From NCBI GenBank assembly GCA_004431415.1, contig QPMI01000161.1:1-64000 (forward strand): DNA of 64,000 nt, read 5' to 3'. How positions within the stretch are numbered: position 1 is the stretch's first letter; the number at the start of each line of letters is the position of its first letter. Both the position numbers and the translations under genes were made by a program. The notes beneath the pieces are model-generated. The model saw nothing but the letters and a program-made list of their open reading frames with translations. It made no database searches and had not been told where the DNA came from. The stretch comes from Cyanophora paradoxa CCMP329. Taxonomy: Eukaryota > Plantae > Glaucophyta. Positions 51,001 to 60,249 of this stretch are shown piece by piece.

Positions 51001-51375
51001 CTCGATAGGAGCAATTACGATAAATCCCATCCTCTCGTGAGTATCAAAAACCGCATGGTTCCAGGTAAATATAAAAATGAGTTCCCAAATGCAAAGATCA
51101 TGGAGTATGTGGGTCTGAGATCGAAACTCTATGCTTTTAGAACTGAGACCAACGAAAGAGTAAAGATGTCGGGGACTTCCTCAAAAGAGGTTCATTTTGA
51201 CGATTTTAAGAGATGTCTGTTCGAAGGCATCATAAAAACAGTATCAGTAACAAACAAGCGAAGGCAAGACCACAACTTATATGACTTGGAGAGCAGAAGG
51301 GTCGCTCTACACCAACTCGATAGCAAACGGAAGATATCAGCCGACGGCATTCACAGCATTCCATTTGGTCTTTAA
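48079..51375 (+). CDS. Polinton-type (protein-primed family) DNA polymerase B with EndoVII-like insert
   Basis: DANNLYG (motif A), KLMNNAIYGK (B), FHDTDS (C), YGLDPAHY..PGLSWDAMLK; CYIC..VRDHCH..G..CRNCN; N-terminal CF.YAI..GHY vOTU-like region. Confidence 0.95.
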   Translation: MFLYSKDARQTNRLIKEKKNEILGLLGTLLVTGEITEAEFDREATILDRRPRLGQLTEIANDLYDRMQRMEEFMGEGQRLGAIEPDIEDGQAMNQAYSWLTYRARNEVVVDAIEFLERIAPSLPQRIRTRLDQLRAVKVRLTFVCKFTKVGNPRIYITKYIYSDYFVITRSRNIDTEVRKALQKMQEEMTQVDSYRLEKIEILRGVIMSYAPVGGCYFATPEWIASKKATVNVKNIDGQDCFKYAILAYLHRKDINKHKSNEPSQYRRWLNELNFDGIQFPIACDAEVIDRFEELNPDLSINIYGADNAKECFYPLHQSSNPRRKTKINLLLIENTEDDRGHYITIMSFSRLLKTTFDKACDGRIYYCETCLSRFRTQEKLDLHVEANRCIDWRESKGKCPKAGSAIEFGLQHLRKTVWLPVICYVKVEDHSVAIDAQRSKREIKAVSLRVVMGEEVRAYHFEGADPLGSLFATLQDIRPEIVETLFRNISMHPLTDDQKAEYKITKNCYICSQRFTHENFPVRDHCHQSGNFIGKACRNCNLHRRISKQTKVAIVVDHMDECGHGIFRKIAQQDDKLRVEILSKNFDQYLSLQWGMWKFIDASHFMDFQSVDVGDLMRKFEAFRKLAFSQYGLDPAHYVSAPGLSWDAMLKHTKVKIALIDDVEKYEFVERAIRGGFATMPTRYAKVENADDHIVLLDANNLYGYALSQPLPIGDYRWEDITEALKEVEDEAHLLKLILNTHKPRRSLRFPLIVNKEVITTEMLGDYQRKLLDLTGEKISKDPKLTATFTPKNKYVIARPLLNYIVKKGVVLKKIHKVLSFATSPFMKSYIGLNTLLRHKSTNHFESDFFKLMNNAIYGKCLESCRGRSTVKIANSEKLCKKYAASPLIKATNVLNENAVAFEMYSKHVNLDKPVAIGAFVLDFAKLHNYRFFYDVVRKKWETAKLLFHDTDSFCLFLKTNNLNEDMKEIGEYLDRSNYDKSHPLVSIKNRMVPGKYKNEFPNAKIMEYVGLRSKLYAFRTETNERVKMSGTSSKEVHFDDFKRCLFEGIIKTVSVTNKRRQDHNLYDLESRRVALHQLDSKRKISADGIHSIPFGL

Positions 51376-51559
51376 TATACTTGCTCAATACTTCTCTTTT
51401 TATTTTTTCGATCTCCAAGTAGCAGTAAACCACGGATCAGATGCAGCAACCATATGCACCTTAAACCGGGTCGTTTGGATCGATCGCAAAGTAGTTTGGT
51501 TTTGGGTGTTCTGTCCAAACCGGCTCGTCCATTATTAATATATTGAAAATAAAGTAAAG

Positions 51560-52080
51560 ATGCCCTCAGCACAGATAGGATTGCGACCCGTCCTAAAATT
51601 GTAAAGAAGAGCATGAAAGAAGACCAAGGGAACATGCTACCAATCACTATTCCGGTCGAAGAGAAGAACACACGAATCTTGAAGAAGTCTGAGATGGTTA
51701 AAGAACTGATCCGGAGGCATTACCTACTGAGACTGTAACGAAAGAATCAAAGATCGCGAAGAAGTTTTACGATCCGCGCACAGGTTACAAGGGTTTCGGA
51801 GCAATGAGAAAGGAACTACCAGAGGAGGATTACAAGAAGATGAGAGAATGGTATGATAAACAGGAAGTCGTTCAGATAAACGCACCGACCCTTTCAAGAA
51901 AGAGAGACCCGATGATTCCAATTCGGCAACCTCTCGATACTTACGTAATCGATCTGCTCTTTTTCCCTGCATACAAGAACCAAAACGACGGTTACGATAC
52001 GTTCATGTCCGCGATGGAATCTACCTTACGCACGGGTTACATCATTCCGATGAGAGATAAGAGTGCTCTTACGGCTTTTT
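51560..52080 (+). pseudogene. Retroviral-like (rve) integrase, C-terminally truncated
   Basis: KKFYDPRTGYKG..REWYDKQEVVQ..YVIDLLFF..NDGY..IPMRDKS matches the Polinton integrase N-half; the second Asp and the Glu of the DDE triad are missing. Confidence 0.75.
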
Positions 52081-55000
52081 TTTACGGATACTTCCAAAGA
52101 AAAGGATTCGATCACAGTCGACAGTAGTCCCAGTCAACCAGTAGCTATACATTTACATCCTGATCTTGTCGAAATGGATCGCCACCTTTTACCTTTGAAG
52201 ACAAACACCAAAGACCTTGGAATTAGAACCCGACAATGGCGAAATATTCATGGTAGTAATGTTTATGCAAATGGGGAGCGGCTCGTTAGTGAAAAGACCA
52301 TAAGAGAAATCATAGAGCATTACGGACCTACTCCGGTTCCATTTCCACTACCATGGGATCCACCAGATCTTACACCAAAGAAACAACCCGGAAGAGAATA
52401 CACAGCAGATGAGACGGTAGCGTTTGGGCAACATTTTGTTAGTTGGGAAAAAGTCCATAATAAACCAGTTTTTAAAGATTACAAACCGCCCGCTGAGGAA
52501 CTTTTAGCACCAGATATTAATGTTATACCTCTCGAACATAAAGAATGTGAAGACGTGGAAGAATTGCCGGATGGATTTGATCCTAACCATATGTTATATG
52601 ATCGTTACGAACCTTACGACGAACAACTTTTACCACATGGATTAGATCCACCTAACATAGATTACGAACAACCACATATACCACACGAAGAGTTATTACC
52701 AGACGGATTACAGCCGGGATTTTTCGATTTTACCGTAGATTGGAGGGATATTATTAACAAACCCGACACATTCCCACCAGATCCCCACGAACACGAATGG
52801 GATGACATTCTAAACAAACCGGAAAGATTCCCACCGACAGAGCATAGGCACGATTGGGGAGACCTCGATAACATTCCTACTGAATTTCCACCAGTAGACC
52901 ACAGGCATAATTGGGACGAAATCGATGAGCAACCTACTTTTGCATCAGCAGGAAATGTATTAACAGATTTTCAACATGGTGTAAGTCTTTATAGAAATAT
53001 TAACATAGAAGAAAGATTACAATTAAATGACCACTACCTTAATCGCATGGGAATAGAAGCAGGCACAGGAATGGAAGCCGAATTATACATTAGACCACCC
53101 AGAAGAGAGGGGATTTTACCAATCAATGGTAATTTTGGTTTATATGAGACGAAACCAGGAATTTATTTAACAAGCTTCTACCCTGAGGATATCCCGATGA
53201 CAGATGTATTACCTCCGATACCGTCACTTCCATTAGATCCAAATAGTTATGATAACAAAGATGCCGCAATCCAAATTAATGTAACAGATGTAAGCGATTT
53301 TGACCAATCGAGACCGAAATTAGTATTTAGTCGGCAGCGTCTTTTACCAAAAACTTTTATAGGAAATCGTGATAGTTATGAAAGATGCGAGGTAGCATGG
53401 ATAAAAACAAATTATAACGGTGATGTTGGTGAAGGTTTATTAGAAATCAATCAAAGAGCAAGCGCCAAAAACATACACAATGAAGATATTTCGAGAGTGG
53501 TAACAGAGGATTATTTAGAACATCAAGGATACATTGATGAAGGCGAACTTACTAATATTCTTTCATTATTCGTGATAAAAAATGATACAAACCTTACAGT
53601 CACAAGTAACATTTATACAAGTAACATTTCAGCAAGTAACATATGGGCAAGTAACATATGGGCAAGTAACATATGGGCAAGTAACCTATGGGCAGATGAT
53701 ATTTACACAAGTAATCTTACAGTGTATCGAAATATAACAATTGGAACACAAAATACTATACAAATACTTTATAGACCTTACTATGCTGTTACTACTGTCA
53801 TTGATCCAGCCCCAATTATTCCAAATTGTATATTTGCATGGAAAGCATCAGGTCAACATGGTCAGTTGATATATTATCAAGGTCAGATATATAACAGAGT
53901 TACTACACAGATACCATATCTAACAAATTATTCGAATTGGGAAACTGTTTATTATTATTTGAATGCAACCCTAAACAATCAAATTTCGATTGGGAAAGAA
54001 TTAAACATGGCTTATAGGAATAGTGTTTCAATAGATTGGTCATTAGGTCTTACATTATTCTTTATAGGTAGGATCAATACTACAAATCCTTCTTATATGT
54101 TGAGTATAAGGGATAGTTCTTATCAAAATTGGATTGGATATGGTTGTAAAAATCAAAAGTTTGGTGTTTCACTACAAATTCAAAACGATATAGAAAATGC
54201 AACTCCTCCATTATTCGATGCATCATATATTTATAATTCGTGGAATTATTGGGATTTCACTGTTTCCTCAGAGCAAATTGTCGTAGGAATGGGTGGTATT
54301 GATATTGGAACATCATCGGGTGATTTTCTTCCACCTTCTAATTTTGCATCATTTGGTTCTTCTGTTGCTAATGGAGATCTTGCCGAAATTATCGTTTTCA
54401 ATCGTGCGTTATCTATTGAAGAAAAGAACGCGGTTAGATATTATATACAATTATTGTATGGATTTCCAAATACGCAGCCCATATTGAATAATGAAGATCT
54501 TAAAATGAATTCGAGCAATATATTTATTGAAAATCTCACAGTTACCAAAAATGCAACTCTACCACATCATCCCACTTCGAATGTTGTTTTAGATTGGTTA
54601 GCAAAACAAACACACACAAAAGCAGATATTACGGATTTCGCCCATACTCACACAAAAGATCAAATCACAGATTTCGCCCATACACACACCAAAGATCAAA
54701 TAACAGATTTCGCCCATACTCATTTATGGGAGCATATCACAAATCCTCCATTAACCTTCCCACCTGATCCACACACTCATGATTATTCCCAAATCAACAA
54801 TAGCAACCATAGGCACCCATGGAGCGAAATAGACGAACAGCCAGTTTTTGCACAATTAAATGCAATCGGAAACGTTTTTAATGGAGTCACACTTTACCAA
54901 TCGATTAATACACCTGAAAGGCTATTTTTGAATGATCATTATGTTAGTCTCAATGGTTCATTTACAGGTCAAGACGGCACACCGATGGTGGGAACTCTTG

Positions 55001-57315
55001 CAGTAAGATTACCCAGGGATCCAATCGTAAATGGAGTGTATAGTGGCGATTTTAATGTAGGAATTAATGATACTTTCCCCAGTATCTATGTCACGAATTA
55101 TCACCCGGGTGAAACAGGACAAGTAGCGGATTTTTCAGCAGCGATACAAGTAAATGTAACAGATCAAAGCGCATATGATGGAGCAAGACCTAAGATAGTT
55201 TTCACAAGGGAGAAAGTTGTAAACTACCTTCCTGTTGTGGGACAACCCACAGATGATCACGGGAAATGTGAGATGGCGTGGATAAAAACAACATCAGGTG
55301 GCGCCTTAGAAGTCAATCAGAGAATGGCGGCGAAAAACTTACACAATACCACCCTTTCCGGTGTTGTTACAGATGATTATTTAGAAAACAAAGATTATGT
55401 TACAAATACAGAATTACAATTAGCTGTTACAGATTTTGTTACAGATACCGATTTAACGGCGGCACTTGCTAATTATCTACCTCTAACAGGTGGAACTGTA
55501 ACAGGAACTGTGAATGCTACCACTTTACAAATTGGCGGAACCACAATACCAAAAGGTTACGATTTCGACCAATTAGATGTGGTTTCATCAGATAGAAGCG
55601 CAAATAATTGGAATTTGAATTGGGTCGCAAGAACAGGACAAACAGGATGTTACACAACACCACATAATGATGAAGATTGCAGTGGTTGTTGGATGAGGTG
55701 GACAGTTCCAGAAGGTATGAAATCATTTTATATCCAGCACTTGCCTTGGTATAATTGTAGATATTTTGATATCTATGGGCAAACAGTCAATGGATATCAA
55801 CATTTCTTAAAACGAGTAAATGCCTATCAGGGAATTCAACAGGTGTATCAGGATGGGACACATAATACAATCTTGTTTGTCTCTATCAATTGCGAATTCT
55901 ACAAATATATTTATGTCCAAGGTCGAAAAGGTCGCATTCATCTCACAGGTGTTTTTGGGTGGAGTAGACAGAGAGCAACAGATAATGAATTGGGCATGAT
56001 CTCTTGGGATAATGTATTTAGTAAACCATCATTTTACTCAGCCGCAGACCTTCCACAAACCGCAACATGGCCAATAAATACATTGTTAAAATCAGTAGAT
56101 GCAGTCGAGCGAATTTCGTTTGGTAATGGTGATTGCACATATATACGAGGGAGACCAAAAGGTGATGGTGTCTCAATTGAATTCAGAAACTCAGCAGATG
56201 GAGCAATTTTAAAGTCTTATAACAATGGGAACTTTTGGGTGAATAATACTATTACAGCACCCACTATTAATGCTACTACCAAACTCCAAATAAACGGTAA
56301 TGATGTCCCAAAGTTTCACACAGCAGATAAAACAGTAGGAGGTATTGAATTTAATAGATGTTCTGAGGGTTGGACATGGGCATGGAGTTCAGAATGGGAT
56401 CCATATTATAATTATGGTTCATATGTTTATAATAATCAAACGGATGATCAAACATCTACCGCTTGGATTGACTTCGATATACCTGATGGATACCACAAAG
56501 GAACAGCGTTTTTAACTTATTTACCTTGGAATAACTCACGAATTTTTGAAATTTGGGGACTCAATCGACAAGGGAATGAAGTTTTTATTACATCAGTAAA
56601 TAGTTATCAACCATACAGCACATCTCCTGATGGTAACCACAGTGGTTTAAATAATGTTCCAATACATCTTGGAAATAGATTCCTCACAATTCGAATTAGA
56701 CCAAAGATTGGAAGAGTTAATATTATGGGTATTAGTTACATGAAAATTTGGGTTGGAAATAGTTATGGCGGTCACACCGGCTATATTCATTGGAATAACG
56801 TTTATAGCAAACCCAATATCTTAACAGGAACTGTGGGGACTTGGTTTAATTCCAGTGATGGATATAATCGTATCCATTTCGGTAACCAAACTTCTACATA
56901 TTTGAAAGGAGGGGGAGATATTCCCCTTGTATTCCGAAATGAACAAAATACTGATATTTGTTACATGTATCATGGAGGGTGGATGTGGATTGGAGGTTAT
57001 TTAACACAAGGAAGTGACATAAGATACAAAACCGATATTAAAAAGATATCCGGCGCTCTTTCAGCAATAGAGAAATTAGAGGGAGTGAGTTTTAAACGAA
57101 TTGGAAGTGAAAAAGATGGAGTTAAATTAGGTTTAATTGCGCAAGATGTAGAAAAGGTAATACCAGAAGTTGTTAATAAAAAGTATGATGATGGCTACCT
57201 ATCTCTCGAATATACGGGTTTAATTCCTGTTCTCATAGAAGCCGTTAAAGAATTATCTAAGAAATGCAAAGATCTACAAGATCAAATAGACCAAATTAAA
57301 AATGTCACAGTATAA
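52063..57315 (+). CDS. Giant tail-fibre-like protein with HxH repeats, LamG-like domain and C-terminal peptidase S74 chaperone (probably 5'-truncated)
   Basis: SDIRYKTDI..GLIAQDVEKVIPEVV..LEYTGLIPVLIEAVKEL; H.H.W..I..KP repeats; GDLAEIIVFNRALS. Confidence 0.85.
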   Translation: MLLRLFFTDTSKEKDSITVDSSPSQPVAIHLHPDLVEMDRHLLPLKTNTKDLGIRTRQWRNIHGSNVYANGERLVSEKTIREIIEHYGPTPVPFPLPWDPPDLTPKKQPGREYTADETVAFGQHFVSWEKVHNKPVFKDYKPPAEELLAPDINVIPLEHKECEDVEELPDGFDPNHMLYDRYEPYDEQLLPHGLDPPNIDYEQPHIPHEELLPDGLQPGFFDFTVDWRDIINKPDTFPPDPHEHEWDDILNKPERFPPTEHRHDWGDLDNIPTEFPPVDHRHNWDEIDEQPTFASAGNVLTDFQHGVSLYRNINIEERLQLNDHYLNRMGIEAGTGMEAELYIRPPRREGILPINGNFGLYETKPGIYLTSFYPEDIPMTDVLPPIPSLPLDPNSYDNKDAAIQINVTDVSDFDQSRPKLVFSRQRLLPKTFIGNRDSYERCEVAWIKTNYNGDVGEGLLEINQRASAKNIHNEDISRVVTEDYLEHQGYIDEGELTNILSLFVIKNDTNLTVTSNIYTSNISASNIWASNIWASNIWASNLWADDIYTSNLTVYRNITIGTQNTIQILYRPYYAVTTVIDPAPIIPNCIFAWKASGQHGQLIYYQGQIYNRVTTQIPYLTNYSNWETVYYYLNATLNNQISIGKELNMAYRNSVSIDWSLGLTLFFIGRINTTNPSYMLSIRDSSYQNWIGYGCKNQKFGVSLQIQNDIENATPPLFDASYIYNSWNYWDFTVSSEQIVVGMGGIDIGTSSGDFLPPSNFASFGSSVANGDLAEIIVFNRALSIEEKNAVRYYIQLLYGFPNTQPILNNEDLKMNSSNIFIENLTVTKNATLPHHPTSNVVLDWLAKQTHTKADITDFAHTHTKDQITDFAHTHTKDQITDFAHTHLWEHITNPPLTFPPDPHTHDYSQINNSNHRHPWSEIDEQPVFAQLNAIGNVFNGVTLYQSINTPERLFLNDHYVSLNGSFTGQDGTPMVGTLAVRLPRDPIVNGVYSGDFNVGINDTFPSIYVTNYHPGETGQVADFSAAIQVNVTDQSAYDGARPKIVFTREKVVNYLPVVGQPTDDHGKCEMAWIKTTSGGALEVNQRMAAKNLHNTTLSGVVTDDYLENKDYVTNTELQLAVTDFVTDTDLTAALANYLPLTGGTVTGTVNATTLQIGGTTIPKGYDFDQLDVVSSDRSANNWNLNWVARTGQTGCYTTPHNDEDCSGCWMRWTVPEGMKSFYIQHLPWYNCRYFDIYGQTVNGYQHFLKRVNAYQGIQQVYQDGTHNTILFVSINCEFYKYIYVQGRKGRIHLTGVFGWSRQRATDNELGMISWDNVFSKPSFYSAADLPQTATWPINTLLKSVDAVERISFGNGDCTYIRGRPKGDGVSIEFRNSADGAILKSYNNGNFWVNNTITAPTINATTKLQINGNDVPKFHTADKTVGGIEFNRCSEGWTWAWSSEWDPYYNYGSYVYNNQTDDQTSTAWIDFDIPDGYHKGTAFLTYLPWNNSRIFEIWGLNRQGNEVFITSVNSYQPYSTSPDGNHSGLNNVPIHLGNRFLTIRIRPKIGRVNIMGISYMKIWVGNSYGGHTGYIHWNNVYSKPNILTGTVGTWFNSSDGYNRIHFGNQTSTYLKGGGDIPLVFRNEQNTDICYMYHGGWMWIGGYLTQGSDIRYKTDIKKISGALSAIEKLEGVSFKRIGSEKDGVKLGLIAQDVEKVIPEVVNKKYDDGYLSLEYTGLIPVLIEAVKELSKKCKDLQDQIDQIKNVTV
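53602..53718 (+). repeat. 15-bp coding tandem repeat (SNIWA)n
   Basis: GCAAGTAACATATGG units. Confidence 0.9.
54608..54723 (+). repeat. 36-bp coding tandem repeat (AHTHTKDQITDF) x3
   Basis: Direct reading. Confidence 0.9.
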
Positions 57316-57318
57316 TAA

Positions 57319-57627
57319 ATGGCGACCTATCCACTTGGTGGATCTCCTTCCACTACTACTGAGCCTGTCGCTCTTGCATTCGATACTATTAAACTTGTAG
57401 CCGCGCTACAAAACGTCGAAAAAACAATTCAGCAAACTAACAAACTGTCCCCAGTTGTTCATGAATATAAAAACCTCTTGGTTAATGTCCTCGCGCAATC
57501 GGCTTATGGTGATCCCGTAACACGTTATGGCGAATGTGATTCTAATCTTAAAGCGATGACATCAAACCTCCAATGTCTAACAACCGCTTACCAATCTCTT
57601 GGATCTAATCTTATCACATTGGCTTAA
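57319..57627 (+). CDS. Viral hypothetical protein (102 aa)
   Basis: Intact ORF. Confidence 0.65.
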   Translation: MATYPLGGSPSTTTEPVALAFDTIKLVAALQNVEKTIQQTNKLSPVVHEYKNLLVNVLAQSAYGDPVTRYGECDSNLKAMTSNLQCLTTAYQSLGSNLITLA

Positions 57628-57663
57628 TGGTTTATTTTTCTTTCCTTCTTAGTAAAAGAAGCA

Positions 57664-58506
57664 ATGGGCGAATATAATCGTGTGCAATTACCAGTTTACG
57701 CTTTGGGATCGCCCGCGGTTCACTTTCGACAACATGAGGTAGCCGACGAAATCCGCGGTGTGGAATCTACGGAGCGCGCTAACTCCGCGAATGCATTCGA
57801 TAAAAACAGTATGATACGAGTAAAAGAACTCCGAGCCGATAAGAATTCAGGCGTGGTTAAAACTACTCAGCTTCTTGTTACAAATGCGAATTTTAACGCG
57901 GGTATCGGGCAACCTGATGCATGGGGTGTGGATATTAGAACGTTAGATTTTGACGGAGAACGTGCCGCCGCTGTTGTCCGATCAGGAGGCGCTGTTATTG
58001 GTGGCGGTTGTCGTGTGTCGGGTATGCTTGCATCCTCCGCTTCTGTAACCGATATTCCCGATACTCTACCTGAGCATGCGGACAATCCGCAACGTATCCG
58101 TATGTATACTCCGTGTGGAGATTATCCTTACGTGTTTGGAATGGTCAGAGTTGGGGTAGATAACGTAAATGCAACACAACCCGATGGAATTATGGGAAAT
58201 TGGTTAGTACCAAATATCGCTATTCCTAAATCTATTGAGTCTATATGTCGTTCACAAAATGGTATTATTGGTCCGGCTTATACTTTCTTTGTTCAGGGAA
58301 TCGGACGCGGTAGAGGTTGGGTGGAATTTGACAACCAGAACCCCGCTACGTTTAATGTTTGGACAACAGAAGTAGGAGGTTATGATATTCTCATTTTCGG
58401 AATGCGAACAGATCCAGCGGCTGTGGCGGCTACACGTGGTCTCAATCCCGACAATAACTTAAATAATTTCTACGATGATCCGTTCCCAGGTGATCCCACA
58501 CCATAA
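57664..58506 (+). CDS. Fibre-like protein paralog A (280 aa)
   Basis: Shares ESTE..KELR.DKN.G.VKTT.LLVTNANFNA..RSGGA.IG.G.RV.G with the next ORF; fibre role is inferred. Confidence 0.6.
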   Translation: MGEYNRVQLPVYALGSPAVHFRQHEVADEIRGVESTERANSANAFDKNSMIRVKELRADKNSGVVKTTQLLVTNANFNAGIGQPDAWGVDIRTLDFDGERAAAVVRSGGAVIGGGCRVSGMLASSASVTDIPDTLPEHADNPQRIRMYTPCGDYPYVFGMVRVGVDNVNATQPDGIMGNWLVPNIAIPKSIESICRSQNGIIGPAYTFFVQGIGRGRGWVEFDNQNPATFNVWTTEVGGYDILIFGMRTDPAAVAATRGLNPDNNLNNFYDDPFPGDPTP

Positions 58507-58525
58507 TTATGTTTTAATATATTAA

Positions 58526-59371
58526 ATGGCGGCACCCGCTCCACCTGAGCGTATCTTAACAGCGCAACTTTCATTAGCCGCGCCAGCAAATCACGTATTA
58601 CAACATGCCGTTATCGATAATGTCGACGGTTTAGAATCTACCGAACTTGCACCTACTCTTAATACTTTTGGTGATACACACAAATTGCGACTGAAAGAGC
58701 TAAGATGTGACAAAAATAACGGAATCGTTAAAACTACGAAACTTCTTGTTACAAATGCAAACTTTAACGCTTTTTATGGAGATCCCGATAGTTACAATGA
58801 TGATAACAAGGTTACCAACTTCGCTTATGAATCGAGAAACGGAGCGATTAAATGTAGATCGGGTGGCGCTTACATTGGTGATGGTCTCAGAGTGGGTGGT
58901 ATCATTGGAGCGCCTCTTTTGGTTAATGATCAACCAAATCCCGACGATGAGAACACACGAATTAGGACGTATTGCCCAGGTATGAATGAACCTTACCTAA
59001 TTAAGATTTATACAATCGTTATTAGTTTACAAACAGCGGTAGCCGATTTCTTAGAACCCTTAGGAAATCATTATAGATATAGAGACACGATACCAGAGGA
59101 CATTTACGCATTATGTAGAAGAACCGACGGAGCAAGACCACGCCTTACGATACATATTATCCCCATAGATAATTTCGGTCAAGCGTTTCACTCAATACCT
59201 CTTTTAGATACACAAGATAACCAATTTATAATAAGAGCTACACAACTTGGAAATTATCGAGTCATTATGTATGCCGAAAGAAACGACGCAATCGCAACAG
59301 CTAACCGATTCGGTCAATATCTTAATACCAATCTATACAATCCCGTCGGCGGTAGCGATCCACAACCATAA
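58526..59371 (+). CDS. Fibre-like protein paralog B (281 aa)
   Basis: Paralog of 57664-58506 with a divergent C-terminal half. Confidence 0.6.
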   Translation: MAAPAPPERILTAQLSLAAPANHVLQHAVIDNVDGLESTELAPTLNTFGDTHKLRLKELRCDKNNGIVKTTKLLVTNANFNAFYGDPDSYNDDNKVTNFAYESRNGAIKCRSGGAYIGDGLRVGGIIGAPLLVNDQPNPDDENTRIRTYCPGMNEPYLIKIYTIVISLQTAVADFLEPLGNHYRYRDTIPEDIYALCRRTDGARPRLTIHIIPIDNFGQAFHSIPLLDTQDNQFIIRATQLGNYRVIMYAERNDAIATANRFGQYLNTNLYNPVGGSDPQP

Positions 59372-59391
59372 ATCGAAGGTATATATAGGGA

Positions 59392-59664
59392 ATGGATGAA
59401 AAAACAAAACGATTTATTGAGTCTGCGATTATGGTTCATGGACTTGATAAATTCGATTACACCGAAACTGTCTATAAGAAGGCACAAGAGAAGGTATCCG
59501 TGAGATGCCTACAATGTAATAAAGTCTTTCAGACCTACGGATTTAATCACATTAAGGGATCGGGTTGCCGACAGTGTTCCAAGAAACATTCTCATGCATA
59601 CAGAAAAAAGACTACATGGGGAATCGTTATAGAAGAGAAACCGATTATGTTATATTTTGATTAA
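59392..59664 (+). CDS. Single Zn-ribbon (DUF723-like) repeat protein
   Basis: FIESA..VHG..FDY..VY..C..C..F..HIKGSGC..C, the same unit as in 41411-42574, with no nuclease domain. Confidence 0.75.
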   Translation: MDEKTKRFIESAIMVHGLDKFDYTETVYKKAQEKVSVRCLQCNKVFQTYGFNHIKGSGCRQCSKKHSHAYRKKTTWGIVIEEKPIMLYFD

Positions 59665-59850
59665 AGTTTCGAAAGAGAAATGAGCATCTTTCCGCATTTA
59701 CCTTTGGTTATTATGCAAGTATCGAAGCAATTCGGACACGTCTTATGATAATGGAGCATTATGATATCGACCAACTCAAACGGAAATACTTTTGCTAAGA
59801 TCGTTCGCATCCTACCAATTTCGTTTTTAATTTTTCTATATAATTCATAA

Positions 59851-60249
59851 ATGAATCATCGCGGTTTCCATGTTATGTTAGATTACAAGTTCAATCATCC
59901 ATTGATGGTGGGATTGGACAACATAGACACCACAACGAAGTGGTTAATGCAATTTTTTCAATCTATTATTCAAGAACAAGGTATCCGAGTTGTTCACAAG
60001 CATTGCGAGATTTTCGATGGTGGTGTTTCGCCACCGGGTTTTGCGATGGTATTACTTCTCGATGAGAGCCATTTAACCGCTCATTGTTATTCGGATCAAG
60101 GAATGTTAGCGATTGATGTATTCACTTGCGGAACAGAAGCGCAAAGTAAGACCTCCGTAATATCTAAATTGATAGATGAGAGAATAACAGAGATCTTTTC
60201 AGGGTTGGAGAAAGCGGAGAAGCAGATAGCAGCGCGATTTCCGAGTTAA
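59851..60249 (+). CDS. speD: Pyruvoyl-dependent S-adenosylmethionine decarboxylase-family proenzyme (short prokaryotic type)
   Basis: G.H..LD, F..PGF..LLDESHLTAHCY..G..AIDVFTCG with the E|SH self-cleavage site. Confidence 0.88.
   Translation: MNHRGFHVMLDYKFNHPLMVGLDNIDTTTKWLMQFFQSIIQEQGIRVVHKHCEIFDGGVSPPGFAMVLLLDESHLTAHCYSDQGMLAIDVFTCGTEAQSKTSVISKLIDERITEIFSGLEKAEKQIAARFPS

Noticed and set aside
59661-59810. 49-codon minus-strand Cys-containing ORF
   Set aside because: Too short to support without homology or expression data.
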